NCBI GenBank assembly: GCA_963842525.1
Contig: CAWJGT010000021.1
Coordinates: 41,187-105,186, forward strand
Source: an uncultured Holophagales bacterium
Lineage (GTDB): Bacteria; Acidobacteriota; Thermoanaerobaculia; Multivoradales; UBA5704
Direction of reading: 5' to 3'
DNA length: 64,000 nucleotides
Shown one piece after another: positions 1-10,160 of this stretch (the stretch's first letter is position 1; each line of letters begins with the position of its first letter). The notes under the pieces were generated by a model that searched no databases, had not been told where the DNA came from, and worked only from the letters and a program-made list of their open reading frames with translations. Both the position numbers and the translations under genes were made by a program.

Positions 1-25
1 CAAGGCAGACATCGCGGCTCCGGAC

Positions 26-124
26 CCCGGCGATGAATCGCCGGGCTAGCAACAGCGCCCCATGAATGGGGCTTGAAGCCGGGTTCACCCGGCGCTGTTC
101 CTAGCCCGGGCATTCATGCCCGGG
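26..124. repeat. REP-like inverted doublet of palindromes
   Basis: cccggcgatgaatcgccgggcta (26-48) and inverted partner tagcccgggcattcatgcccggg (102-124), with two internal short hairpins; intergenic, downstream of a gene. Confidence 0.7.
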
Positions 125-148
125 CGGCAGGACGGCTAGACGAGCCAT

Positions 149-775
149 TCACCGTCCAACCCGAAAGCTCCGCGCCGCCCCCTCCTCTCCAACGACGGTC
201 CAGTAGTACTCGACCCCCGGCCGGAGCTTCCGTCGCTCCTCTTCCGGGAAGGCGACTTTTCCGTCCACCGCGGGCGGGCTCGTCCAGACGTAGCTCTGGG
301 CGGCGTCGTAGACGGTGATCCGCCGGGCCTCGCCTCCCAGGTCCGGGAAGACGAATTCCGCCGGGACTGCCTCGAGGGTCCCCTCAGGACTCCAGGTGCC
401 GACGACAGGACCGCCGTTCCGGGTCACATCGTCCGGCGGCTGGACGTCTTGCCGGACCGCTATCCAGAAACCGAGGCCGATCACGCAGAGCGCGAGCACG
501 GCGGCCAGAGCGAGGACCGGATTGCGCTGTGGCGGACGGCGGACCGCGGGCGGTCCGCCGAAGCGGGCCCAGGCGGTCTGGATGTCGCGCGCCGCCATCG
601 GCTCCGGAGCGTCGAACGCCTCCTGGCGCAAGATCTCCTCCGAGCAGGCCGCGCAGACCGCGGCATGGGCGAGGTGCTGCTCCGCCTCGTCGGTGCGCGG
701 ACCGCTGCGCGCCTCATAGAGCTGCTCCGGGGTCGGATGGGGACCCGGAGCCCGCGCGGGGATCGGATCGTTCAT
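149..775 (-). CDS. Putative zinc-binding (ZAS/zf-HC2-like) transmembrane anti-sigma factor
   Basis: Start moved to MNDPIP (ATG at 775, overlapping the sigma stop). HAAVCAAC = HxxxCxxC, TM segment VLALAAVLALCVIGLGFWIAV, C-terminal beta-rich domain ending LRPGVEYYWTV. Confidence 0.7.
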   Translation of the reverse strand: MNDPIPARAPGPHPTPEQLYEARSGPRTDEAEQHLAHAAVCAACSEEILRQEAFDAPEPMAARDIQTAWARFGGPPAVRRPPQRNPVLALAAVLALCVIGLGFWIAVRQDVQPPDDVTRNGGPVVGTWSPEGTLEAVPAEFVFPDLGGEARRITVYDAAQSYVWTSPPAVDGKVAFPEEERRKLRPGVEYYWTVVGEEGAARSFRVGR

Positions 776-1299
776 GTCTCCTCCTCCAACAAGCCCCTCA
801 AACGCCGCCGCGCATTCCAGATCTGGACCTTGACCGTGGGGAGGGACAGCCCGAGCCTCCGGGCGACCTCGCCGTAGGGCAGCTCCTGCTGGACGTGGAG
901 CAGGAGGCAGGTCCGCATGCGGGCCGGCAGCTTCGACATTGCTGCGATCGTGCGTTGCAGATCCTGCCGGTCCGTGGCCCGGTCGGCCGCCGAGGGGCCT
1001 TCGGCGGGGAGGGTCTCCTCGATCGGCTCCATCTCCCCGCTCCGACCCCGGCGGCGCCACTCGTCCCGCGCCACGTTCCGGGCGATGGAGTAGATCCACG
1101 GGGCGAGCCCGCCTCCCCCCCGGAATTGCTCCATGGACTTATAGACGTTCCAGAGCGTCGTTTGACTTAGATCCTCGGCATCGGCCGGCTGGAACCCGCA
1201 GGACTTGAAGAAGCTCCGCAGCCGCGGGAAGAACTCCACGAACAGGTCGTGGAAGTCCTCCCGCCCGGACTGCGGACCCGTTGGGGATGAGGAGAGCAT
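772..1299 (-). CDS. ECF RNA polymerase sigma factor
   Basis: C-terminal 175 aa of ORF 772..2034; region 2 DAEDLSQTTLWNVY...WIYSIARN, region 4 LPARMRTCLLL...YGEVARRLGLSLPTVKVQIWNARRRL. Confidence 0.9.
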   Translation of the reverse strand: MLSSSPTGPQSGREDFHDLFVEFFPRLRSFFKSCGFQPADAEDLSQTTLWNVYKSMEQFRGGGGLAPWIYSIARNVARDEWRRRGRSGEMEPIEETLPAEGPSAADRATDRQDLQRTIAAMSKLPARMRTCLLLHVQQELPYGEVARRLGLSLPTVKVQIWNARRRLRGLLEEET

Positions 1300-1416
1300 C
1301 GCACCCTCATCTGAGCCCAACCCTGGCTGGCGTGTCAACGGGCGGGAGAGACTAATACCACCGCGCCCTTCCTTCGTCTTCCCTGGTGAATCACATCGAT
1401 CGACTGCACAGGGAGG

Positions 1417-3279
1417 ATGAAAATGCGAGATCTGAGAAAGTCTGTGATCAGGGGCGCCGCGCTGGCCGTGGCCCTCACCTGGACGTCCGCCGCCTCGGCC
1501 GATCCTCAGATCGGGCTGAACCTGCCGTTGGCGGGCGGCGTCCCGTCCACCCAGGACGAGACGTCCGTCGCGGTCAACCCGAACAATCCGCTGCAACTCG
1601 TGGCCGCGGCGGTCACCTACTTCGTGGAGAACAAGAAGGGGTGCGTCTCCCCGGCCGATACCGGGGAATACATCAATAGCAGCACTGTGGCGCTTTATGG
1701 ATCGAAGGACGGTGGCGCAACCTGGGAATACCATTGCGCCCCCTGGCCTTCTGCGGTGGCCGGCGGTCTGGAGGGTGCGGACGAGTGGTACGGCGACGAT
1801 CCGTCCGTGGCCTGGGACGCCGAAGGCAACGCCTATGCCGCCTACATGCTCCTTTCCTGGCCGTACGGCGAGACGCTCCATCTGTCGTCTGCGATCGCCG
1901 TCGCCCGGACGACCGACGCCGGAACCAAGTGGACCACGTGGAGCGTCGTGGCCAACGACATCACGAAGCTCCACCCCTTTCATGAAAAGCCGAAGATCGC
2001 CGTCGACACCTCTACCGAGGGCCGCTCCTCGCACCCGAGCCGCGTCTACGTCACCTGGAGCCGGGACCTCACCCAGCAGGTGGCCTGGTCGGACGACGGA
2101 ACGACCTGGAAGCAGAAGTCCTTCAACTTTCCCTCAGGGGATCATCACGGCGGCAACGTTGCGGTCGGGCCTGACGGCGCCGTCTATGTGATCTGGAACA
2201 AGATCCATCCGGTCGACGAGCTGTGGCAGCCCAAGGCGTACGACACGGTCTGGCTCAGCAAATCGGTCGACGGCGGCGACACCTGGTCGGAGCCGGTGCA
2301 GATCCTCTCCCTCAACCGCGGCTCGCTGGACGCCTACTACCTGCCCCCGGCGCAGGACAATTGGTGGGTCAATTCCTACCCTTCGATCGACATCCAGCGC
2401 AATCCCGAGTCGCCTTACTACAACCGGATCCATCTCGCCTGGACCGACCGGACGACCTGCGTGCCCTACCAGCCCTACCCCTGTGGCTCCTATGACATCT
2501 ACAGCAGCTATTCGGCGGACGGCGGCGCCACCTGGTCCCCGCGCCTCCGTGTCAACGACAACGCCGACGAGGCCTACCACTTCCTCCCGTGGCTGGCGGT
2601 CGACCAGAGCGACGGCGCGGTCCATGTCGCCTGGTATGACACACGCCTCGATCCAGAGACCCATGAGCCGACGCAGGTCTACACGTCGCGCTCGGCCGAC
2701 GGTGGCGACTCCTTCGGAAGAGACCTCTGCCTGACGGACGGCGGCTCTACGTTCCAAAACCACATCAATTACAGCAACCTGAACCACAAGACCAATGACG
2801 ACACCCCCTCGGCGACCCAGTACGGCGACTATCTCGGGGTCGCCGCGTTCAATCGCAAGATGATCGCGGTCTGGACGGACAGCCGGCAGTTCTTCGACCA
2901 GGTTTACACCGACCTGCTCGAAGACGCCGCGGTGGGATCTGCCACCTACTGCTCACGCCCGAAGTGGGCTCCCGGCCCGGTGCCGGAGGTTCAGAGCCCC
3001 GCGAGCGGCTCGATCCAAATCACCCTGCCGCAGCTCCTGAGCTGGGGCACCAATGCGACGGGAGGAACCACAGACCTCCTGCGCTACAGCGGTGCAGACT
3101 GCACAGGCGTTCCGGTGGAGATCCAGGTGCCCGGCGGCGCGCTCCAGGCAACGGACGCCCCTCCCATCGCGGGGACGTACTCCTACCAGGTCCGGGTGCG
3201 CAACGACTGCCCGGGCACCGAGCTGACGCCGATGTCGAGCCTCTCCGTGTGCTCCACGCCGGTGATCTTCGTGCCCTGA
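1417..3279 (+). CDS. Secreted BNR/Asp-box (sialidase-like beta-propeller) protein with C-terminal Ig/FN3-like domain
   Basis: Signal peptide, RBS ggagg, repeated SxDGGxTW Asp-boxes (SKDGGATW, SDDGTTW, SVDGGDTW, SADGGATW, SADGGDSF), YGDY motif. Confidence 0.85.
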   Translation: MKMRDLRKSVIRGAALAVALTWTSAASADPQIGLNLPLAGGVPSTQDETSVAVNPNNPLQLVAAAVTYFVENKKGCVSPADTGEYINSSTVALYGSKDGGATWEYHCAPWPSAVAGGLEGADEWYGDDPSVAWDAEGNAYAAYMLLSWPYGETLHLSSAIAVARTTDAGTKWTTWSVVANDITKLHPFHEKPKIAVDTSTEGRSSHPSRVYVTWSRDLTQQVAWSDDGTTWKQKSFNFPSGDHHGGNVAVGPDGAVYVIWNKIHPVDELWQPKAYDTVWLSKSVDGGDTWSEPVQILSLNRGSLDAYYLPPAQDNWWVNSYPSIDIQRNPESPYYNRIHLAWTDRTTCVPYQPYPCGSYDIYSSYSADGGATWSPRLRVNDNADEAYHFLPWLAVDQSDGAVHVAWYDTRLDPETHEPTQVYTSRSADGGDSFGRDLCLTDGGSTFQNHINYSNLNHKTNDDTPSATQYGDYLGVAAFNRKMIAVWTDSRQFFDQVYTDLLEDAAVGSATYCSRPKWAPGPVPEVQSPASGSIQITLPQLLSWGTNATGGTTDLLRYSGADCTGVPVEIQVPGGALQATDAPPIAGTYSYQVRVRNDCPGTELTPMSSLSVCSTPVIFVP

Positions 3280-3281
3280 TC

Positions 3282-6200
3282 CTATCGGCCGTCCCCGATC
3301 AGCTCGAAGGCCGCCCAGTGGTAGGGGTGGGCGACCTTCGGGTCCCCGTTGTGCAACAGCTCGCGCTGGGCCTGCTGGAGGGCGCCGTCCTTCGGCTGGC
3401 CGGCGCGCAGCCGTGTGTAGAAGCGCCGCATCAGCTCCGCGGTCGAACGGTCCGAGACGGACCACAGCGAGGCGAGGATCGAGCGCGCCCCGGCATACTG
3501 AAAGGCGCGGGTCAGGCCGATCAGCCCCTCGCCCGCGGCATCGCGCCCGAGGCCGGTCTCGCAGGCGGAGAGGGTGACCAGGTCGGCGTCGATGCGCAGC
3601 CGCTCGAAGATCTCCCATGCCTGGAGCAACCCGTTGTCGTCCTGGTCGGCCCCGCCGGGGATGGACAGGGCGAGGGCGGAGTCGAGCGGGAAGCGGTGGT
3701 CGAGAAGGGCATGAGCGGCAAAGTGAACGATGCGCGGCCTGGCCGGAAGGTGCTTGGCCCGCGCCTCGGTTGCCGCCGAGCCCAGATAGGCGACGGCGTT
3801 CGACCCGTACAGGGAGGTCAGGCTGCCGGCCTCCTCGCGGGACGCGGGGAGTGGGGGCAGGCCCCGGCGGTAGCGGGCCAGCGGCGACGCCAGGGGATCT
3901 GACGACGCGCCCGCGGCCGGCCGGTATCGCGGGTCCGCGAACGCTACCACCTCCGGGCCGGGCTCTGCAGGGCTGGATCGCTTCAGCTCCGCGTAGAGAG
4001 TCGCCGAGAGCACGCTGTGGAGGGGTTTCCACTCGGTCAGGAAAACGGGAGAGCTCCCAGGCCGGACGAGCGCCGCGAACGGCAGCGTCTGGAGCGGCCC
4101 GTCCGGAGAGATCAGCACCCGCCGGGAGCGGCCGATCCAGGGCACGGCCGGAGCGATCAGGAGATCCCAGAGCCGCCGGCCCTGAGCGAGCAGGGCCGGC
4201 TCGACCTCGGGGCTCTCGGTTCCGCGCAGGATCAGGCTGCGGAAGATGGAGACCTGCCGTTCAATCTCCTCTTCGCCGGCCGGCCGGCGGAAGACCTGGA
4301 CCTCTTGGTCGGGGGTGACGACGAAGAGGAATGTGTCCTCCTCGGTGACGCAGTAGGAGAGCCAGACGGTCCCCGGGTCCAGGGCACGGCGGATGCCTTC
4401 GAGGTCGAGCGGCCGGGGATCGCGCAGGGATGCGTAATGGGGAGATGCCTTGGCGATCCGGCCCGCCAGGACGGATCGCTCGTTGCGCAGCCGGGTCAGG
4501 CGGGCGAGCAGGGCCTCGAGGTCTTTCGTCTGGCGCGGATCGGCGTCGACGATCTCGTCCTGCGTCGTCTCGTAGTCGCCGTCGAGCCGCTGCTGCTGCT
4601 CGAGGAGTTGCACCGGGACATCGGTGCTGAAGACGAGGTCGCGCTCGGCGAGCATGGTAAGGAGAGAGCGTGCCCGCGAGCGCTCCAGGGTGTGCAGGGC
4701 TGCGGCTGGATTCCCCTGCTCGATCTGAAGCCGTATCAGATCCTTGTAGATCGAATCGTTCTTTGCCTGGAAGCTCGACCGCGACTCGTCCGAGCCGCCG
4801 AGGCGGCCGATCTGTGCCTCCAGGGCCTCGATCGCCTCGATGAGAAGGGGCTCGCTCTCGGCGGCACGTCCCGATTTCCAAAGGGCGACGCCGAGGTAAT
4901 TGAGCGTCTCGGCCTCGCCCTGGCTTTTGGGGGCGATCCGGCGGAAGATCGCGAGCGCCTGCTGCAAGTAAGGCTCGGCCTCCGCATGCCTACCGGACCG
5001 GAAGGCGGCGTCTCCCAGGAATTGCAGGACCTGCCCTTCATGAAGCGTTCCCGGCGCCGCCTGGCGCTGTATTGTGAGCGCCTCCCCGGCGAGGCGCCTG
5101 GCGGCGGCGCGATCGCCGCGATCCCAGGCAATCCTCCCCAGCATCGACAGGCTGACCGAGACGTCGGTGCTGACCGGAGAGAGCTGTCTGCGCAGGGCCA
5201 GGGCCTGGCGGGCGAAGCGTTCCGCCTCGTCGAGGCGCTTCCACTCCAGGGAGATGAAGGCGAGATTGCTCAGGGTCTTCGCCTCCTCGGCCGACCCTGG
5301 AACCTGCTCGCGCTGGATTGCCAGGGCGCGCCGGAACAGCGCGTCGGCCTCGGCATACTGGGAGCGCTCGCGCGCCAGGAGCCCCAGCCCCGCGAGGGTG
5401 ACTGCGACCTGGCGGCCGTCCGGCGCGATCTTCTCGAACCGGCGCAGGGCATCCCGCAGGTAGTCCTCGGCGAGCGCATAATCGCCGCGGTCCGTGGCGA
5501 GCGCCCCCAGATTGGCGAAGGTGCGGGCGATTTCGGAGCTTCTCGGGGTCGAGCTTCTGCCAGAGGCGCACCGACTCCCTGAAATAGCGCTCTGCGGCCC
5601 TCGTGTCGCCGGTGGCGCGGGAGACGAGGCCCAGGTTGTTGAGCACGAGCGCCTCGTCGGTGCTGCCGGGAAACCGCTTCCGGATCAGACCCAACGCCTG
5701 CTCGTAGAGGCGCCGGGCCGCGGCCAGATCATCCCGGTACCAGGCGTTGGTGGCGAGGTTGTTGAGGGTCGAGGCCTCGGCGAGGCTCCCGGGAGCGAGC
5801 TGCGACCGCAGGCGCAACGCCTGGCGGAGGGCCTTCTCGGAGGCGTCGATCTCGCCCCGCGACTGCTCGAGCCAGCCGATCGAGAGCCAGATGGACGCCT
5901 CGGACAGGCTTTCCGGAACGAGCTCCTGGCGCATCCGCAGCGTGGTGCGGAAAGCCTTTTCCGCCGCCGGGAAGTCGTCCTGGATCATGGAGGCGACCCC
6001 GCGCTGCTGGAGGATGTGGGCCAGGAAGAGCTTGCGGCCGTGGCGCCCGGCCTGCCGCGCCGCCTCCTCATAGGCGGCGTGCGCCTCGGGCCAGCGGCGC
6101 TCCTTGGCAAGGCTCTGCCCCCGCGCGAGCGCCACGCACTCCTCCTCCCCGGGACCGAGCGGGCGGACCGCGAATTCCCATTCCCCCGGGGGCATCTCGA

Positions 6201-6537
6201 CCGTCAGGGCCTCCTTGCCGCGGACGAGGCGCAGCTCGACGGGTCCGCGAGCCGCCTGCTCGACCTCGATCGCCGGGAATTCCGTACAGGAACGGATCGG
6301 GCCGCCCGCTTCCTCGGGATGGGCCGGCGGCGCGGCCTTGCGCCGCCAGGAGAGGACGAGGTCCCCCGGGCGCAGACCGGCCCGCGCACCCGCTCCATTG
6401 GGTGTGACCGTCTCCACGGCGATCGCCGCCGGCCGGTCCGGCTCGCGGGAATTGCAGGACCAGGCCGTCAGGGCGAGAGACAGGGACAGAGCGGCCCTTA
6501 TGGCGCCGGTGGGCGACCTCCAGAAAGAGTGGGGCAT
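3282..6537 (-). CDS. Lipoprotein with PDZ-like, TPR and C-terminal CHAT (caspase-like protease) domains; one frameshift near 5538
   Basis: Lipobox-like LTAWSC; PDZ-like GARAGLRPGDLVL; TPR repeats; CHAT motifs ISPDGPLQTLPFAAL, IVHFAAHA, LVTLSACETGLG, HPYHWAAF. The frame continuing EIARTFANLGALA is in frame with ORF 3282..5144. Confidence 0.85.
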
Positions 6538-6576
6538 ATGGCAACAGTGTAGCGAATCAGGTGGAACGTGGCGGCC

Positions 6577-8559
6577 TTACCGCGCGTACCCCAGCGACCG
6601 CAGCCGTTCGAGCGTGTAGGAATCGAGATCGGCTTCCTCTCCGTCCCGGAGGCGCAGGACCTGGCGCGCGCGGCGGCCCTGCGCAGCGAAACCGGCGAGA
6701 AGTCTCCTCCCTGTCGCGATCTCGCCCTGCGCGAACGGCGCCAGATCGATCCGCTCGCCAGGATCGCGCTGCAGGTCGTAGAGCTCCTCGCGGCCGGTCA
6801 TCTCCCAGCGGATGTACTTGAAACGGCCGAAGCGGACCGCCTGGCGGTCCTCGAAGCGGTTGAGGCCGAGGCTGACGAGGGGGGCGGGCGCGGGCGAGTT
6901 TCCCTGGAGGTGGGGGAGTAGCGAGGGCTCGGCCGGGTAGCCGGACGGCAGCGGCAGGCCGCAGAGGCCGAGCACGGTCGGCATCACGCTCGCCGTCGAG
7001 ACGGGGAGGTCGACCGCGCCGGTCCGGACCGAGCGGGGCAGCTTCAGGAGCAGCGGCACGTGGAGGAGCTCGTCATAGAGCGTGTGGCCGTGCCCGTAGG
7101 CGTCGTGCTCCCAGAATTCCTCGCCATGGTCGGAGAGGATGACGAGCAGCGTGTCCTCATAGAGGCCCAGCCGCTTCAGCTCGGCCACGAGCCGGCCGGC
7201 GAAGTCGTCGGCATAGCGCACCTCCCCCAGATAGAGCTGCCGGATCCACTCGCGCTCGGCAGGTGTAGGCACCCAGGTCCCGTCCCGGATCGCCTCCTCG
7301 TCCCACCCCTCGAAGCGCCACCAGCCGCCCGCAGGCGGTTGCCTCCCCGCCAGGTAGAGCCGTGGCGGTCCATACGGGGCATGGGGATCGAAGACGTGGA
7401 CCCACAGGAAGAAGTCCTCGTCCCTGTGAGCCTGGAGCCAGCCGGCTGCATGCTCCGCCAGGTCCGGCGGCGGAGCCTCGTCCGGCCGAAAGCGGTCGAC
7501 GTGGCGCCGGAGGAGACCGGCCCCAAAGGAGCGGCCGAGCCAGGGACCCGGGAAATGGCGGTACTCCTCGAATCCCTGATCGAGGCGCACGGCCGGGCCG
7601 AGGACGGTGCTCGAGACCAGGGCCGCCGTCCGATAACCCGACCGGCGCAGAACCTCGGCCAGGGTGACCAGCTCGTCCGGCACCCGGCTGCGGCTGTGGA
7701 GGGCCTGGTGGACCTGCGGCGCCACCCCGGTCATCACCGAGGCCATGGAGGGCAGCGTCCACGGTGCGGGAGAATAGGCCCGCCGAAAGACCACCGAGCC
7801 GCCCGCCAGCCCGTGCAGGCTCGGTGTATGTGCCGCCGACACCGCATCGGCCCGCAGGGTGTCGATGCTGAGCACGACCACCCGCGGGACCGCGTGCCTC
7901 CGCCGGGATGCCCTCAGTACAGAACCGTCCTCCGAAGCCCAGGCGGCCAGCCAGGGTCCGGCGAGCGCGAGCACCGCGGCGCCGGCCAGCCAGGGCCGAG
8001 GGGAGAGGGGAGGGCGAAGCCGGACCAGGAGGACGATCGTCAGCACGGCCACGACGGCCAACCCGACCGCGGCGGCTGCGGGGGAGAGGCGATAGCGGCC
8101 GAGCCAGAGGGCCAGGAGAAGCTCGGCGCTGAGGAGGGGGGCGGCGAGGAGGACCTCACCCCCTGTCCCCCTCTCCCATCTCCCACCCACCCATCCCCGG
8201 GAGAGGGGGGACGTCGTTGATGCCTGTGTGGCGAGCTCGCGGAAAGGCTCCGCCTGCGTCCCCCCTCTCCCGGCGGGGGGTGGAAGGGAGATGGGAGAGG
8301 GGGACAGGGGGTGAGGTCTCCGGCCGAGCCGCACCACCACCGCCCCAATCAGACACACCACCAACACCATCCCCACCGTCACCCCCACCGCCCACACCAC
8401 ATGGACCCCGGACCTGAGCCCCCCAGGCGCCTCCTTCCAGAGGCTCCACGCCACGTCCAGGCAGCCGGCCGTGAGAGCCAGGCTGAGGCCGGCCGTCACG
8501 GCCCAACCGGGGAGAGCCAGGCGGCGGCGAGGAGGGTCGGCGGGACGGGTCGCGCTCAT
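6577..8559 (-). CDS. Membrane-anchored sulfatase-family protein
   Basis: N-terminal TM helices; VVLSIDTLRAD, SPAPWTLPSMASVMTG, VHVFDPHAPY, LSDHGEEFWEH, terminal LRSLGY. Confidence 0.9.
   Translation of the reverse strand: MSATRPADPPRRRLALPGWAVTAGLSLALTAGCLDVAWSLWKEAPGGLRSGVHVVWAVGVTVGMVLVVCLIGAVVVRLGRRPHPLSPSPISLPPPAGRGGTQAEPFRELATQASTTSPLSRGWVGGRWERGTGGEVLLAAPLLSAELLLALWLGRYRLSPAAAAVGLAVVAVLTIVLLVRLRPPLSPRPWLAGAAVLALAGPWLAAWASEDGSVLRASRRRHAVPRVVVLSIDTLRADAVSAAHTPSLHGLAGGSVVFRRAYSPAPWTLPSMASVMTGVAPQVHQALHSRSRVPDELVTLAEVLRRSGYRTAALVSSTVLGPAVRLDQGFEEYRHFPGPWLGRSFGAGLLRRHVDRFRPDEAPPPDLAEHAAGWLQAHRDEDFFLWVHVFDPHAPYGPPRLYLAGRQPPAGGWWRFEGWDEEAIRDGTWVPTPAEREWIRQLYLGEVRYADDFAGRLVAELKRLGLYEDTLLVILSDHGEEFWEHDAYGHGHTLYDELLHVPLLLKLPRSVRTGAVDLPVSTASVMPTVLGLCGLPLPSGYPAEPSLLPHLQGNSPAPAPLVSLGLNRFEDRQAVRFGRFKYIRWEMTGREELYDLQRDPGERIDLAPFAQGEIATGRRLLAGFAAQGRRARQVLRLRDGEEADLDSYTLERLRSLGYAR
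8152..8318. repeat. Palindromic REP-like element (cctcacccc...ggagaggg family) inside the sulfatase CDS
   Basis: 33-bp terminal inverted repeat gacctcaccccctgtccccctctcccatctccc / gggagatgggagagggggacagggggtgaggtc; related to intergenic copies at 10885, 31416 and 63808. Confidence 0.85.
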
Positions 8560-8572
8560 GCGCGTCTAGAAT

Positions 8573-9175
8573 ATGCCCATGAAGACCCTCGTTTCGATCC
8601 GTTCGACCCTCCCGACCCTCCTCCTTGCAGCAGTCCTGGCCGGCTGTGCCGGCACCACCGGCCCCCGCGCCGGAGCCGCCGCCGGGCGCGCCCCCGACGT
8701 CGAGCAGGCAGCCCTCCGCAACGACGTCCACCTCGCCCTGCTGGACAAATTCGGCTCGGAAGCCCTGGGCATCGCCGTCAAGGTCGACGGCGACCGCGCC
8801 TTACTGAGCGGCGAGGTGCCCAGCCGTTCGACCCAGGAGCTGGCCGAAGAGGTCGCCCTCTCGGTCCGTGGCATCCGTCGCGTCGACAACCTCCTCACCG
8901 TGGACGCGGATGCGAGCAACCTGGCGACGCCGGCCGGCCGGGCGGTCGACAACGCCGACTCCGAGGTCCGCGATGCCGCCCTGGAGATGCGGGTGGGCCA
9001 GCGGCTGCTCTCGGAGATCGGCCGCTACGCGTTGGATCTGGAGATCGAGGTGACTGACGGCGTCGTCAGCCTGCGCGGGAAGGTGCCGGACGACGAACGC
9101 CGGCGTCTCGCTCTCGCCACTGCGGAGAAGACGCCGGGCGTCAAGCAGGTCATCAATTTACTGCAAGTGCAGTAG
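8573..9175 (+). CDS. BON-domain (OsmY-like) lipoprotein
   Basis: Lipobox VLAGC; two BON repeats (ALLSGEV...GIRRVDNLL; GVVSLRGKV...GVKQVINLL). Confidence 0.9.
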   Translation: MPMKTLVSIRSTLPTLLLAAVLAGCAGTTGPRAGAAAGRAPDVEQAALRNDVHLALLDKFGSEALGIAVKVDGDRALLSGEVPSRSTQELAEEVALSVRGIRRVDNLLTVDADASNLATPAGRAVDNADSEVRDAALEMRVGQRLLSEIGRYALDLEIEVTDGVVSLRGKVPDDERRRLALATAEKTPGVKQVINLLQVQ

Positions 9176-9986
9176 TGGTGGAGCCGCCGCCGCCCGGGAC
9201 CGGGCAGCTCGCCTGGGAGGCGGTGCGGAGCCAGTCCTCGTTGCCGGAGTAGGAGAAGACGAAGCTCCCGCCTTTGATCGTGTCGATCACCCGCGGCGCC
9301 ATCTCCTGGGACAGCGCCGGGCAGCCCCAGCTCCGTCCGAGCCGGCCCTGGTTGCGGGCGTGCTCGGCGCTGACATACCAGGCGCCGTGCATCACGATGT
9401 AGCGGGCCTCGGCCCTGTCGTTGATGCCCTCGTCCAGGCCCCGGAGCTTCATCGAGTAGCCGTTGCCCCCTTCGTAGGTGCCGCCCGTCAGGAACAGGCC
9501 GAGGCTCGTCTGGTGGCTGTCGTTGAGGTTCGAGAAGCGGGTGGCGTAGTTGTCGCCGCTCCCGCGCCCGTGCGCCACCAGCTCATGGAAGAGCACCTCA
9601 CCCTTCTCCAGGTCGAGCACCCAGAGCCGCGGCTTCGTCGACGGCAGGGAGTAGTCGATGATCGTCAGCAGGTCGTCCTTGCCGGACGTGCCGCGGGCGC
9701 GCGCACAGGAGACCGCGTCGAGAGCCATCGCGAGCACCTTCGGCGACAGCCCCTGGGCCTTGTCCTGGAAATTATTGAAGACCGCTGGCACCGTCTTTGC
9801 TACGACTAGAGCTGGAGCCGCGGACGTCTTCACGGCTACAGGCTTGACGGTCTTGGGTGCCGGAGCGGCGTCCGCCGGGGTGGAGAGGTTCTTGGTCGCA
9901 CCGGCGGCGATCAGGGTCAGGGCGATGGCGGGGAGGCAGAGCCCCCGACCCAGGGAGCGCAGTTTTGTCGAGCTCTTTGTATGCAT
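9153..9986 (-). CDS. Murein L,D-transpeptidase catalytic-domain (YkuD_2-like) protein
   Basis: C-terminal part of ORF 9153..11798 from MHTKSS; IIDYSLPSTKPRLWV, VAHGRGSG, IVMHGAWY, GRSWGCPA. Confidence 0.9.
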   Translation of the reverse strand: MHTKSSTKLRSLGRGLCLPAIALTLIAAGATKNLSTPADAAPAPKTVKPVAVKTSAAPALVVAKTVPAVFNNFQDKAQGLSPKVLAMALDAVSCARARGTSGKDDLLTIIDYSLPSTKPRLWVLDLEKGEVLFHELVAHGRGSGDNYATRFSNLNDSHQTSLGLFLTGGTYEGGNGYSMKLRGLDEGINDRAEARYIVMHGAWYVSAEHARNQGRLGRSWGCPALSQEMAPRVIDTIKGGSFVFSYSGNEDWLRTASQASCPVPGGGGSTTTALAVN

Positions 9987-10160
9987 CACGTGAAGTATGC
10001 CCTCCGAAAAGTCTCTTGTACAGCCTGCCCTGCCGGGCTCGTCCAATTGTGCGGACTCTCTACAACGCTCCCTTCCTACGGGAAATTCCAGTCGCCGCGA
10101 TCGGCACGCGTCCTGCAAATCCTTCAAGGAGTCAGGTGGAAAACCGCCAGGAGGTACAAC

